In this document: positions 18,923-30,000 of the stretch, one piece after another
How the letters are laid out: each line of letters opens with the position of its first letter
Numbering within the stretch: position 1 is the stretch's first letter
DNA from: an uncultured Rikenellaceae bacterium
GTDB lineage: Bacteria; Bacteroidota; Bacteroidia; Bacteroidales; VadinHA17
DNA length: 64,000 nt
NCBI GenBank assembly: GCA_964383915.1
Contig: CAYLJE010000002.1
Coordinates: forward strand, 1,035-65,034
Reading direction: 5' to 3'
Notes under the pieces: generated by a model
Told to the model about the DNA's origin: nothing
Database searches by the model: none
What the model saw: only the letters and a program-made list of their open reading frames with translations
Position numbers and translations under genes: made by a program

Positions 18923-19780
18923 ATGGTTAAAACAAAGAAAAAAAACTGGACAGAAAGACTCAGGCTAACTTTATTTAAAGAGGATACTTTTGAGGAAGTC
19001 TGGACGATCAGGTTGACGAAAATGGGATTTTTTGCCACCTTGGCGACTTTTGTTCTTTTAATTGTAATTGCAGTGTCGTTATTGATTGCTTATACCAATC
19101 TTCGGGAATTGATCCCAGGATATCCCAATGTAACACTGCGGGAAGATATTGTCAAAAATGCACTTCTGCTGGACTCTTTAGAGCAGGAGATTACATTGAG
19201 GGATAAATATTTTGACAACATTAAGAAAATTATGTTGGGGGAGGCTCCTGATAATATTACCTATGATACAGGAAAAGTAGTGAATCCCAAGGATATTAAA
19301 TTTACCCGCTCCCTGGAGGATTCTTTGCTGAGACAACAGGTTGAATCCGAAGAAGAATATAATCTTTCCGTTACATCAAATCGCACCGAACGGCATGTTG
19401 ATTTTTATAATGTCCACTTTTTTCCGCCGGTAAAAGGGATTATATCCAATCATTTTGATCCGGTGAGAAATCACTTGGGCACTGATATTGCCGGTGTTCC
19501 CAATGAAGTAATTCACGCCACCCTGGACGGAACAGTGATCTTTGCCGGATGGACGCTTGAGACGGGCTATGTCGTCGAGATTCAACATGCCAATAATCTG
19601 GTGTCTGTATATAAACACAACAACAAAGTATTGAAAGAGGTGGGTTCTGTTGTTAAAGCCGGAGAAGATATTGCATTAATGGGAACTACAGGAGAGTTAT
19701 ATACTACGGGACCTCATTTACATTTTGAGCTTTGGTATAACGGGCAACCGCTGGATCCGGAAAAATATGTAGTTTTCTAA
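18923..19780 (+). CDS. M23 family metallopeptidase (peptidoglycan DD-endopeptidase-like), membrane anchored
   Basis: 285 aa. N-terminal TM segment. HLGTDI and GPHLHFELW metal-binding motifs. Confidence 0.88.
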   Translation: MVKTKKKNWTERLRLTLFKEDTFEEVWTIRLTKMGFFATLATFVLLIVIAVSLLIAYTNLRELIPGYPNVTLREDIVKNALLLDSLEQEITLRDKYFDNIKKIMLGEAPDNITYDTGKVVNPKDIKFTRSLEDSLLRQQVESEEEYNLSVTSNRTERHVDFYNVHFFPPVKGIISNHFDPVRNHLGTDIAGVPNEVIHATLDGTVIFAGWTLETGYVVEIQHANNLVSVYKHNNKVLKEVGSVVKAGEDIALMGTTGELYTTGPHLHFELWYNGQPLDPEKYVVF

Positions 19781-19825
19781 AAGGATCATCTCGTTATCAA
19801 TCAATAAAACAGGGGTATATAAAAG

Positions 19826-20977
19826 ATGATAAAGCCTATTGCCATATTAGGATCGACCGGTTCTATCGGGACGCAAACCGTTGATGTAGTACGTTCTAAT
19901 CCGGACAAATTTAAAGTTACAGGCTTAACTGCAGGGAAGAATTACCGCTTATTGGTTCAGCAGGCCCGGATGTTATTGCCTGAAAAAGTAGCGATAGGGG
20001 ATGATAAATATTATTCCAGGGTGAAAGAAGGTTTGAAGGATTTGAAGATAGAGGTTTTGTCCGGGATGAAAGGGATTCTTGAGGTAGCCGGAGACTCTTC
20101 CAGCCGGATGGTGGTGGTAGCCCTGGTCGGGTTTTCCGGTCTGAAGCCGACACTGAGAGCCATTGATGCCGGGAAGGAGATAGCTTTGGCCAATAAGGAA
20201 ACCATTGTGGTAGCCGGAGAGCTGGTGATGAAAAGAGTAGCAGAAAAGAATCTCCCGGTTTTACCTGTGGATTCAGAGCATTCGGCTATTTTCCAATGTC
20301 TGATGGGCGAAGATCCCGCAATGGTGGAAAAAATAATACTGACAGCATCGGGAGGACCTTTTCTTCATTTACCTTGGGAGAAAATAGCAGAGGTAACGCC
20401 GGCAGAAGCTTTAGCCCATCCAAACTGGAAAATGGGAAACAAGATAACGATAGATTCGGCCTCTTTTATGAATAAGGGATTTGAAGTCATTGAAGCCCGG
20501 TGGCTTTTCGATATTGATCCCGGACAGATTGAAGTGGTTGTTCATCCACAATCGATCATCCATTCCATGGTGCAGTTTCAGGACGGTTCTATCAAAGCAC
20601 AACTGGGAATGCCGGATATGCGTTTGCCCATACAACTGGCACTGAGTTATCCTGAGAGAATTAAATCGACATGGGAAAGGCTTGACTTTTCCAGAACGGC
20701 CGAACTTACTTTTTTGCCAGCAGATCAAAAAAAATTTCGTAACCTTGCCCTTTCTTATGATGCCTTAGATAAAGGAGGAAATATGCCTTGTATTCTGAAT
20801 GCTGCCAATGAAATTGCAGTGGATGCTTTTCTGCGGGAAAAACTTAAGTTCACCAAGATGTCTGATCTCATAGAAAGAACCATGCAGCGGGTTCAATTTT
20901 TGCCAAATCCTTCTTTGGAAGAGTTGGTACAAACGGACAGGGAGGCAAGAAAAAGGGCTGAAAGATTGATTAAATAG
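19826..20977 (+). CDS. dxr: 1-deoxy-D-xylulose 5-phosphate reductoisomerase
   Basis: 383 aa. GSTGSIGTQT NADPH-binding N-terminus, LANKE, PVDSEHSAIFQC, HPNWKMG. Confidence 0.97.
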   Translation: MIKPIAILGSTGSIGTQTVDVVRSNPDKFKVTGLTAGKNYRLLVQQARMLLPEKVAIGDDKYYSRVKEGLKDLKIEVLSGMKGILEVAGDSSSRMVVVALVGFSGLKPTLRAIDAGKEIALANKETIVVAGELVMKRVAEKNLPVLPVDSEHSAIFQCLMGEDPAMVEKIILTASGGPFLHLPWEKIAEVTPAEALAHPNWKMGNKITIDSASFMNKGFEVIEARWLFDIDPGQIEVVVHPQSIIHSMVQFQDGSIKAQLGMPDMRLPIQLALSYPERIKSTWERLDFSRTAELTFLPADQKKFRNLALSYDALDKGGNMPCILNAANEIAVDAFLREKLKFTKMSDLIERTMQRVQFLPNPSLEELVQTDREARKRAERLIK

Positions 20978-20991
20978 AAGAAAAAAAGAGT

Positions 20992-22317
20992 ATGGATGTG
21001 TTAGTCAGAATAGCGCAGTTGCTTTTAAGTTTATCTATCCTTGTGATATTACATGAACTGGGACATTTTACCTTTGCAAAACTATTTAAAACGAGGGTGG
21101 AAAAATTCTATCTTTTCTTCGATCCCTGGTTTTCTTTGTTTAAATTTAAAAAAGGAGAGACCGAGTACGGTATTGGCTGGCTGCCATTGGGAGGATATGT
21201 GAAAATTTCCGGCATGATTGATGAGTCTATGGACCGGGAGCAAATGAAAAAACCACCCCATCCCTGGGAGTTCCGTTCCAAGCCTGCCTGGCAAAGGTTG
21301 TTCATTATGTTGGGGGGGATCCTGGTAAATTTTATCCTGGCTTTTGTAATCTATATAGGGGTACTTTTTGTGTGGGGGAAAGAATATCTGCCCACGGAGA
21401 ATGTAAAATATGGGATCGTGGCTGATTCGCTGGGTATGGAGATGGGTCTGCAGAACGGGGATAAAATTGTTACAGTGGATCATAAAAAGATCAATAATTT
21501 CTATCAGATTCTACCGGAAATTATCCTGAACCATTATAAGAAAATACAGGTAAAACGGAACGGAGAGATGATAAATGTTGTGATTCCGGATTCTGTCTTT
21601 CCGAAACTGATCAAAGGAAAAGAGATGATACAGCCCCGTTTTCCGTTTAAACCGTATATAATTCAGGGATTTCAAAAAAGATCGCCCGGAAAGATAGCGG
21701 GCTTAAAGAAAGGAGACAGAATTGTAGCTGTTGACAGCATGCATTTTAAATATTATGATGCGTTCGTCAACTATCTTTTAGGTCACAAGAGCAAGCAGAT
21801 AATACTTACCGTTGAGCGGGATAGCCGTTTTATAAAAATCCCCGTAAAACTGACGCCGGAGGGTATGATTGGTGTATCAGCAAATTTTTCGAATGTCTTT
21901 CAATACAAGAAAGTCCGGTATTCTTTCTGGGAATCTGTTCCTGCCGGTATCAAAAAGGGCATTAAAACGACCAATGATTACCTGAAACAGTTCAAATTAA
22001 TTTTTTCTCCTGAGATGAAAGCGTACGAGTCTCTCGGAGGATTTATTACCATCGGTAGTATCTTTCCTCCCGTATGGGACTGGAATGCTTTCTGGAACCT
22101 GACAGCTTTCCTTTCCATTATTCTGGGGGTTATGAACCTTATCCCTATTCCCGGCCTTGATGGAGGACATGTGCTGTTTTTGTTTTATGAAGTAATCACC
22201 GGAAGAAAACCAGGGGATAAGTTCCTGGAATATGCACAGATTGTAGGGATGATCATTATCCTGGCATTGTTGATCTTTGCCAATGGGAATGATATTGTTA
22301 AGTTGTTTCGTAAATAG
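20992..22317 (+). CDS. rseP: RIP metalloprotease RseP (site-2 protease)
   Basis: 441 aa. HELGHF zinc motif, PDZ-like middle region, and a C-terminal NLIPIPGLDGG motif. Conserved dxr-rseP adjacency. Confidence 0.93.
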   Translation: MDVLVRIAQLLLSLSILVILHELGHFTFAKLFKTRVEKFYLFFDPWFSLFKFKKGETEYGIGWLPLGGYVKISGMIDESMDREQMKKPPHPWEFRSKPAWQRLFIMLGGILVNFILAFVIYIGVLFVWGKEYLPTENVKYGIVADSLGMEMGLQNGDKIVTVDHKKINNFYQILPEIILNHYKKIQVKRNGEMINVVIPDSVFPKLIKGKEMIQPRFPFKPYIIQGFQKRSPGKIAGLKKGDRIVAVDSMHFKYYDAFVNYLLGHKSKQIILTVERDSRFIKIPVKLTPEGMIGVSANFSNVFQYKKVRYSFWESVPAGIKKGIKTTNDYLKQFKLIFSPEMKAYESLGGFITIGSIFPPVWDWNAFWNLTAFLSIILGVMNLIPIPGLDGGHVLFLFYEVITGRKPGDKFLEYAQIVGMIIILALLIFANGNDIVKLFRK

Positions 22318-22389
22318 GTAACCGGATAGACAAAATAAGAAAATATTCAGTAACTTTGTCTTGTTTGTTGAACTTTAAAGAGGAATGTC

Positions 22390-22602
22390 ATGATGGAATG
22401 TTTTGTTTTAGCTGGAATGTTTGGACCCACTGAGATTGTGATTATCATATTGGTACTTGTGCTGCTTTTTGGTGGCAGGAAAATCCCTGAACTGATGAAA
22501 GGCCTTGGACAGGGCATGAAAGAATTTAGAAAAGCCACCAAGGATAAGGATGAGCCGGAATCCTCCAATGAAAATACGGAAAATAATACCAAGAAATCCT
22601 GA
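22390..22602 (+). CDS. tatA: twin-arginine translocase TatA/TatE family subunit
   Basis: 70 aa. TM helix followed by the hinge LLFGGRKIPELMKGLGQGMKEFRKA. The exact start among several in-frame Met codons is uncertain. Confidence 0.9.
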   Translation: MMECFVLAGMFGPTEIVIIILVLVLLFGGRKIPELMKGLGQGMKEFRKATKDKDEPESSNENTENNTKKS

Positions 22603-22796
22603 TAATTTTTTACCCGTACGCCTGACCGGCTGAATGGATACCGTTCGGGCGGACAGGAGGACTTTCATCAGGGCGGACGGGTTGCTACAGGTTTGGTTTC
22701 CAAAGATTATGCTGTGGTTCATATTTGTGATTGAGGTGGTCAGGCATGATTTTTGTTATTTTCAGTGGCAGAAACGATTCTGCAAAAAATGAATAT

Positions 22797-23789
22797 ATGA
22801 AAAGGTTAATGCTTTATCTTCTTGTTTTTCTGATTACCGGGTTTGGGTGTAAAATGGATAATGAAACTCTGAAACCCAAAGTGACCGGAGCGGCAGGAGA
22901 GGTAATGATAGTGGTGCCGGCTGCCATTTGGAACGGGGCTGCAGGGGATACACTGGAGGGTTTACTTTCCCAGGACGTACCCTATCTTCCTCAACCTGAA
23001 CCCATGTTTCATGTAATTCATGTTATTCCGGCGAATTTTGGTAAAATGTTCCAGACTCATCGGAATATCATTTTTGTAAAAATTGGCAGTCAGTATAAAA
23101 AGGTCAAAATGGTGGTAGAACGTGATAAATGGGCGACTCCGCAGTATATTGTTGATATGGAGGCTCCTGATGTTTCCTCCTTTGTACGTTTGGTGGAAGA
23201 AGGCGGAACCTCTCTGGTTGACAGAATAAACCAAATGGAGCGAAACCGGATTATTGAATATTACCGGCATTATCTGGAAGCGGATATCTATAAAAAATTA
23301 AAAGAGAAATATTACCTGACACTTGAAATACCCAAAGGATATACTCTGGATGTTGACTCTACTAATTTTGCGTGGATATCCAGTGAAACGCCAACGGTTA
23401 GTCAGGGTATTCTGATATATACTTTTCCTTATACAAGTGAGAAAATCTTTACAAAAGATAGTCTGATTGCCATCCGTAATCACGAACTGAAAAAATATGT
23501 TCATGGGGAAATTCAGGGGACATATATGTCCACGGAGATGATCATTCCCCCGGGATACCGGACTTTTGAAAGAAATAGCAATTTTTTTACCGAATTACGT
23601 GGCCTGTGGAAACTGGAGAACGGTTATATGGGGGGACCCTTCATAAGCCTTTCTACTATTGATAAATCAAGAGATCGGGTGATCACCGTTGAAGGGTATG
23701 TTTATGCTCCGGGTGAAAAAAAAAGAGAACTTTTGCGACAGGTAGAAAGTATCTTATACACATTGAAAATTTATCCTGAGAAAAAATAG
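22797..23789 (+). CDS. lipoprotein, DUF4837-like (Bacteroidota-restricted, unknown function)
   Basis: The likely start is MKRLMLYLLVFLITGFGC (lipobox) at 22797; the ORF-track start at TTG 22731 is less likely. The family call is from memory of the motif pattern (GAAGEVMIVV...LPQPEPMF) and is not verified. Confidence 0.5.
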   Translation: MKRLMLYLLVFLITGFGCKMDNETLKPKVTGAAGEVMIVVPAAIWNGAAGDTLEGLLSQDVPYLPQPEPMFHVIHVIPANFGKMFQTHRNIIFVKIGSQYKKVKMVVERDKWATPQYIVDMEAPDVSSFVRLVEEGGTSLVDRINQMERNRIIEYYRHYLEADIYKKLKEKYYLTLEIPKGYTLDVDSTNFAWISSETPTVSQGILIYTFPYTSEKIFTKDSLIAIRNHELKKYVHGEIQGTYMSTEMIIPPGYRTFERNSNFFTELRGLWKLENGYMGGPFISLSTIDKSRDRVITVEGYVYAPGEKKRELLRQVESILYTLKIYPEKK

Positions 23790-23826
23790 ATGAATACATA
23801 GCCATGCATAGTAAACCGGATTATTG

Positions 23827-23861
23827 CTGCTCCAGGAACAGATGGAGTAGCTTTTTTTTTA
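23827..23861 (+). terminator. intrinsic terminator after the DUF4837-like gene
   Basis: GCTGCTCC-AGGAACAGAT-GGAGTAGC, 8 bp including one G-U, followed by nine T. Confidence 0.7.
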
Positions 23862-23890
23862 CTTTTGCATAGGAATAAAACCAGGAAATT

Positions 23891-25342
23891 ATGTTACATG
23901 TTCAATTTATATCAGGAAATAAGACAAGAGAAAAACAAACCTCTATATATCTGATTGATAATAAAAGAGATATCGCACTGACTGATGTAAGTAACAAAGA
24001 AAAACAGTTTTTGGAGGCTCACTTATCGGAGAAAAATGTACTGGTTGAACTGAATCGTTATGATTATCGTGTTTATTTTGTGTTGGTGCCGGAAAACGGA
24101 CCAGATGCATTGAAAAAAGAAAAACTAAGACAAGGGGCATTTTCTTTAACCGTACTACTAAGAAAAAATCGGGAAGAGAAGATACAATTTATTGATAATC
24201 TGGAAAATAGTGATTTCTCTCTTTCTTTTCTTGAAGGATTGGCACTTAGTTTATACAGGTTTGATAAGTATCTAACGATCAAGGACATTGAAAATAAGGA
24301 AAGTCTGTTAAAGGAGGTGAAGGTTATTTCTGAAAAGATATCCGACCGGGATTTAGAAGAATTAATGGCGCTTATAAAAGCTGTTTATTATGCCCGGGAT
24401 ATGGTAAACGAACCGGTATCGTGGCTCAATGCTGTTCGTTTATCCGAGTCCTTTAAAAAGATGGGCAGGGAAGCAGGGTTCCGGGTGGAGGTATTTCACA
24501 AACAAAAAATAGAGTCACTGCACATGGGTGGCATACTGGCTGTGAACAAAGGGAGTATTGATCCGCCTACTTTTTCTATTCTGGAGTGGAATCCTGGAAA
24601 TGCGGTAAATAAGGATCCGGTGGTAATGGTAGGTAAAGGGGTTGTTTTCGATACCGGAGGGTTAAGTCTGAAACTTACCAAAGATAGTATGGATACGATG
24701 AAATCCGATATGGCCGGAGGAGCAGCTGTGGCAGCTGCTATTTATGTCCTGGCAAAAAACAGGGTACCCTGTCATGTTATCGGGCTGGTTCCCGCCACCG
24801 ACAATCGTCCCGATGGCAATGCTTATGCTCCTGGTGATGTGATCACCATGTATGATGGAACGACCGTAGAAGTATTGAATACAGATGCTGAGGGTAGGAT
24901 GATCCTGGCAGATGCGCTGGTTTATGCAAAACATTATAAACCTGAGCTGGTTATAGAACTGTCTACGCTTACCGGTGCGGCGGCCGTTGCTATTGGGAAA
25001 TACGGAGTGGTAGGCATGGGGACGGCCACGGAAGAAATGTTTACTATCCTGGAGAAAAGCGGGGAAAATGTGTGTGAACGTGTTGTGAGATTCCCTTTCT
25101 GGGATGAATATAAAGAATTACTGAAATCAGATATTGCTGATCTGAAGAATATTGGAGGTCGGGATGCAGGGGCAATTACGGCCGGTAAATTTCTTGAACA
25201 TTTTACGGACTATTCTTACATCCATCTGGATATTGCAGGACCTGCTTTTATCCGGGAGGACGATTCATACCGGGGAAAGGGGGCGACAGGTGTGGGTGTC
25301 AGGTTATTATATGATTTTATTAAGACCCTATGCCGGCTCTAG
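23891..25342 (+). CDS. pepA: leucyl aminopeptidase (M17 family)
   Basis: 483 aa. VGKGVVFDTGGLSLK and NTDAEGRMILADAL signatures. Confidence 0.93.
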   Translation: MLHVQFISGNKTREKQTSIYLIDNKRDIALTDVSNKEKQFLEAHLSEKNVLVELNRYDYRVYFVLVPENGPDALKKEKLRQGAFSLTVLLRKNREEKIQFIDNLENSDFSLSFLEGLALSLYRFDKYLTIKDIENKESLLKEVKVISEKISDRDLEELMALIKAVYYARDMVNEPVSWLNAVRLSESFKKMGREAGFRVEVFHKQKIESLHMGGILAVNKGSIDPPTFSILEWNPGNAVNKDPVVMVGKGVVFDTGGLSLKLTKDSMDTMKSDMAGGAAVAAAIYVLAKNRVPCHVIGLVPATDNRPDGNAYAPGDVITMYDGTTVEVLNTDAEGRMILADALVYAKHYKPELVIELSTLTGAAAVAIGKYGVVGMGTATEEMFTILEKSGENVCERVVRFPFWDEYKELLKSDIADLKNIGGRDAGAITAGKFLEHFTDYSYIHLDIAGPAFIREDDSYRGKGATGVGVRLLYDFIKTLCRL

Positions 25343-25381
25343 CAGTACGGCATGAATATTTACCTAAATTTAGGGCGAATT

Positions 25382-26437
25382 ATGGCAGAAAAAAAAATAA
25401 AAGTAGGGATCACACAGGGTGACATCAATGGCATTAGTTATGAGGTCATCATTAAAACGTTAATAGATCCAAGGATCAATGAATTTTGTATTCCAATTGT
25501 TTACGGGTCTCCCAAGGTAGCTGCTTACCACCGCAAGGTGTTGAATATAACTAATTTCAGCATGAATCATATCCGGTCGGCGGCAGAAGCCCATTCCAAA
25601 CGGGCGAATATTATTAATTGTGTCAGCGATGATGTCCGTGTTGATCTGGGGAACCCCACAAAAGAAGCAGGAGAAGCAGCATTGTCCAGCCTGAAACGTG
25701 CCGTTGCTGATTTACAGGACAATCTGATCGATGTGTTGGTTACGGCGCCTATTAATAAAGCGACTATTCATTCTGAAGATTTTCCTTTTCCGGGACATAC
25801 CGAATACATCGAACACTCTTTTGGTGAAAAAGGAGATAGTCTGATGCTAATGGTCAGTGACAACATGCGGATAGGGGTGGCCACCGGTCATATCCCTCTG
25901 GCAGAGGTCCCTGCGGCTATGAACAGGGAAATGATTTATTCCCGTATCCGTATTATGGAACAATCAATGGTACAGGATTTTAGTATTCGAAAACCGAAAA
26001 TTGCTATTTTAGGTTTGAACCCACATGCCGGAGAAGAGGGGTTGCTGGGAAAAGAAGAACAGGAAATTATCATCCCTGCCATGCAGAAGGCCAGGGGAGA
26101 AAATACGCTGGTTTTCGGACCTTATCCTGCAGATGGTTTTTTTGGAGCAGAGGACTACCGTAAGTTTGATGCGATTCTGGCTATGTATCATGACCAGGGT
26201 CTGGTTCCGTTTAAAGCCATTCATTTTGAGGAAGGCGTGAATTTTACAGCGGGTTTGCCGGTTGTCAGAACATCCCCGGCACATGGTACTGCTTATGATC
26301 TGGCAGGAAAGGGAGTAGCTTCACCTGAATCTTTCAGACAAGCACTGTACCTGGCTATTGATGTTTACCGTAACCGTAGATTGTATAAAAATATGATGGA
26401 GGATCCATTGCCATTTCATGTCCGGGAGGATGAATAA
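25382..26437 (+). CDS. pdxA: 4-hydroxythreonine-4-phosphate dehydrogenase
   Basis: Starts MAEKKIKVGITQGDINGI. GHTEY, NPHAGE and HGTA motifs. The ORF track starts 30 nt earlier, at 25352. Confidence 0.92.
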   Translation: MAEKKIKVGITQGDINGISYEVIIKTLIDPRINEFCIPIVYGSPKVAAYHRKVLNITNFSMNHIRSAAEAHSKRANIINCVSDDVRVDLGNPTKEAGEAALSSLKRAVADLQDNLIDVLVTAPINKATIHSEDFPFPGHTEYIEHSFGEKGDSLMLMVSDNMRIGVATGHIPLAEVPAAMNREMIYSRIRIMEQSMVQDFSIRKPKIAILGLNPHAGEEGLLGKEEQEIIIPAMQKARGENTLVFGPYPADGFFGAEDYRKFDAILAMYHDQGLVPFKAIHFEEGVNFTAGLPVVRTSPAHGTAYDLAGKGVASPESFRQALYLAIDVYRNRRLYKNMMEDPLPFHVREDE

Positions 26438-26473
26438 ACGGAATCCGGCAATAATCCATTGAAACGAAAAAAT

Positions 26474-27055
26474 ATGTTTGAATACATCCGTGGAAAAATC
26501 ATTGAGCTAACGCCAGCTTATGCTGTGATTGATAATGATAATGTGGGTTTTTATCTTCACATCTCTCTAAATACCTTTATGTCTCTTAAAGGAAAACCGG
26601 AGGCAAAATTATTTCTTCATCAGGTGATTCGTGAAGATGCTCAGTTACTATATGGCTTTGCTGACAGAAAGGAAAGAGAGATGTTCAGACTGCTGGTGAG
26701 TGTATCCGGGATTGGGGCAAATACGGCCCGGTTGATTCTTTCTTCATTGACTTCTTATGACATTAGTCAGGCTATTGCTACAGAAAATGTTACCCTGTTA
26801 CAATCAATAAAAGGAATAGGAAACAAAACGGCACAACGAGTTATTGTTGACTTGAAAGATAAAGTTGGAAAAATTGCCGGAGAAGCAGAATTTTTATCCC
26901 TTCCGGACAATAGCATCATGGAAGAATCGTTATCTGCATTGGTAACATTAGGGTTCCCTCGTGCCGCAGTAAGAAAAACAATCGATAAAATTATTTCCAG
27001 GGAACCCGGCTTGCCGGTGGAAGAGATTATTAAAAAAGCTTTGAAGATATTGTAA
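26474..27055 (+). CDS. ruvA: Holliday junction branch migration complex subunit RuvA
   Basis: MFEYIRGKI N-terminus. HhH motifs (VSGIGANTAR, IKGIGNKTAQR). The ORF track begins at TTG 26459. Confidence 0.93.
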   Translation: MFEYIRGKIIELTPAYAVIDNDNVGFYLHISLNTFMSLKGKPEAKLFLHQVIREDAQLLYGFADRKEREMFRLLVSVSGIGANTARLILSSLTSYDISQAIATENVTLLQSIKGIGNKTAQRVIVDLKDKVGKIAGEAEFLSLPDNSIMEESLSALVTLGFPRAAVRKTIDKIISREPGLPVEEIIKKALKIL

Positions 27056-27077
27056 GGATTTTCAAACCTGTTCCCTG

Positions 27078-30000
27078 TTGAATAATAAAAATAAATATGT
27101 CTTTATTATATTTGTCGGGCTACTGTTAATATTGCAGGGAGCTACTGCACGGGCCCGGGTGAATGCTACCCGTCAGGATACCTCTGTCTCAGTAACAACG
27201 CCTACCTTACATTATCCTTTTCGTGCTTACGAGGGGAATCCTTTATTACAACAAAGCCCATCCGGATTATATCTGAAACTTCCTTCCAACATACATCGAA
27301 GGATTGAGTATGATCCTAAAACCAATGAATATATCATTTATGAGAAACTTGGCAAACTGGACTACCGTATGCCGTACGTTATGACGGCGGACGAGTTTGA
27401 AAAATGGCAATATGACCAGGCAATACGTCATTACTGGCAACAAAAAGCCAGCGGAAATATCGGGAATTTCAATACATCATTGATACCCAAGCTGTATGTT
27501 GGGGGAGAAGCTTTTGATAAAGTCTTTGGGAGCAATACGGTAAACATTGTCCCACAAGGTTCTGCGGAGCTGATTTTTGGTATTAATTCATCCCGGATAG
27601 ACAATCCGGCGTTGTCTGAAAAACTTCGGAAGGTAACTACTTTTGATTTTAAGGAAAAAATACAGATGAATGTTGCCGGGACCGTGGGTGATAAGCTGAA
27701 ACTGGGAATCAATTATAACACGGAAGCAACTTTTGACTTTGAAAACCAGACCAAACTGGAATATTCGGGGAAAGAAGATGAGATCATAAAAAAGATAGAA
27801 GCCGGGAATATTAATTTTCCACTTACCGGGACATTAATCACCGGAAGTCAGAGCTTGTTTGGATTAAAGACCGAGTTACAGTTCGGGAAGCTAACGGTAA
27901 CCAGTGTCTTTTCGCAGCAAAAAGGGCAAACCTCTGAGATTGATGTTAAAGGGGGTGCACAGATGCAGGATTTTGAGGTAGAAGCTGATCATTATGAGGC
28001 CAATAAACATTTTTTTCTGTCTCAATATTTTCGTGATCAGTATAACAAAGCGCTGGCCCATCTGCCGGTTATTAATTCCGGTGTAACTATTCAACGCATT
28101 GAGGTGTGGGTTACCAATAAAACCAACAGGTTTGAAAATTCCAGGAATGTGGTGGCTTTTATGGATCTGGCAGAGGGGAGCGCACATATCTATAATAATA
28201 TACCGGTTTTTAGACAAACCGGACCGGGACCCTATCCCGAGAATGAACTTAACGGACTTTATTATCAGATGACTTCAACATACAGCCAGATCAGAGATAT
28301 TAGTCAGGTGACTAATGCACTGGATCCGTTAAGGCCGGATTTTGTTATTGGAAGGGATTATGAGAAAGTTGAAAATGCCAGGAAACTCAGCGAACGGGAA
28401 TATAAAGTTAACAGACAATTGGGTTTTATTTCATTAAATACAGCCCTTAATGCCGATGAGATTCTGGCTGTAGCTTACGAATATACCGTGAATGGGAAGG
28501 TATATAAAGTAGGAGAATTCTCAAGTGATGTGAGTGCTCCAAATGCATTGGTAATGAAATTGTTAAAAGGAACCAACCTCTCTCCTCAGTTGCCTACCTG
28601 GGATCTTATGATGAAGAATATTTATGCGCTGGGAGCTTATCAGGTCAATCAGAAGGATTTTCAGCTTCATATCTTATACCATGACGATAAAACCGGAAAT
28701 GATATCAATTATATCCCGGAAGGAAAGATTGCAAATAAAATATTATTGAGGGTTTTAAATCTGGATAATCTGGATTCACAGCAAGAACCTAATCCCGATG
28801 GTTTTTTTGACTTCTTGCCCGGCATAACCATCAATACCTCGGGGGGGAGGGTGATTTTTCCGGAACTGGAACCATTTGGCAGTTATCTAAAAAAGAAAAT
28901 AGGGAATGTTGCCATCGCGGATAAATATGTCTTTCAGGAATTGTATGATTCTTCCCTGGTAAAAGCACGACAGGTGGCCGAAAAAAACAAATTTAAAATT
29001 GTGGGAACCTATTCTTCTTCATCGAGTTCTGAGATTCAATTAAATGCCCTGAATATTCCCAAGGGATCGGTAAAGATAACTGCCGGAGGTATTCAACTGC
29101 AGGAAAATATTGATTATACTGTTGATTACAATCTGGGACGTGTAAAAATCATCAATCAGGGATTGCTTGAATCACAGACCCCGATAAAAGTACAACTGGA
29201 GAGTAACCAATTGTTTAATCTGCAGACAAAAACCTTGTTGGGGAGTCATTTCGATTACAAAATCAGTGACGATTTTCATTTGGGAGGAACGGTGATGAAC
29301 CTGACAGAGCGGCCCCTTACTCAAAAAGTAAATATCGGGGATGAGCCGATTTCCAATACCATGCTGGGTCTTGACGGCACTTATCATGCCGAATCGCGCT
29401 TTTTAACGCGGTTGGTAGATATGCTTCCCTTTCTTCAAACAAAAGCCCCTTCCACGATTGATTTTACCGGAGAGTTTGCCCAGATGATTCCCGGACATTC
29501 CAAAGCTATCCATAAAACAGGCACTGCTTATATTGATGATTTTGAGGGAAGTACGACGACCATCGACCTTAAAGCATTTAATGCCTGGGTGTTGTCCAGC
29601 ACCCCTCAGGGACAGAATGGTCTTTTCCCTGAGGCCCAATTAAATAATAACCGTTATTATGGGGCGAACAGAGCCCGGTTAGCATGGTATGTCATAGACC
29701 CGTTGTTTTTACGGAACAATGTCAACACTCCGGGTTATATCAAGCAAAATCCTGACTATAAGTCCAGTCATTATGTGAGGGAGGTTTTTGAGAAAGAGTT
29801 GTTCCCAAACCGTCAAAATCCGACGGGTATTCCAACCAATATTGCTGTACTCAATCTTGCTTTTTATCCGGATGAAAAAGGACCTTATAATTATGATCTG
29901 ATGCCTTCTGCATATACTGCCGGGATTACACCTGAAGACAAGTTGAAAGCACCGGAAAGCAGGTGGGGCGGGATCATGCGTGAGGTGCCAACGAGTGATT

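Noticed and set aside
22408-22722. 104-aa minus-strand ORF overlapping tatA and the GC-rich spacer
   Set aside because: Most of it is antisense to a clear TatA gene. The remainder is the GC-rich spacer, which is reported separately as a noncoding oddity.
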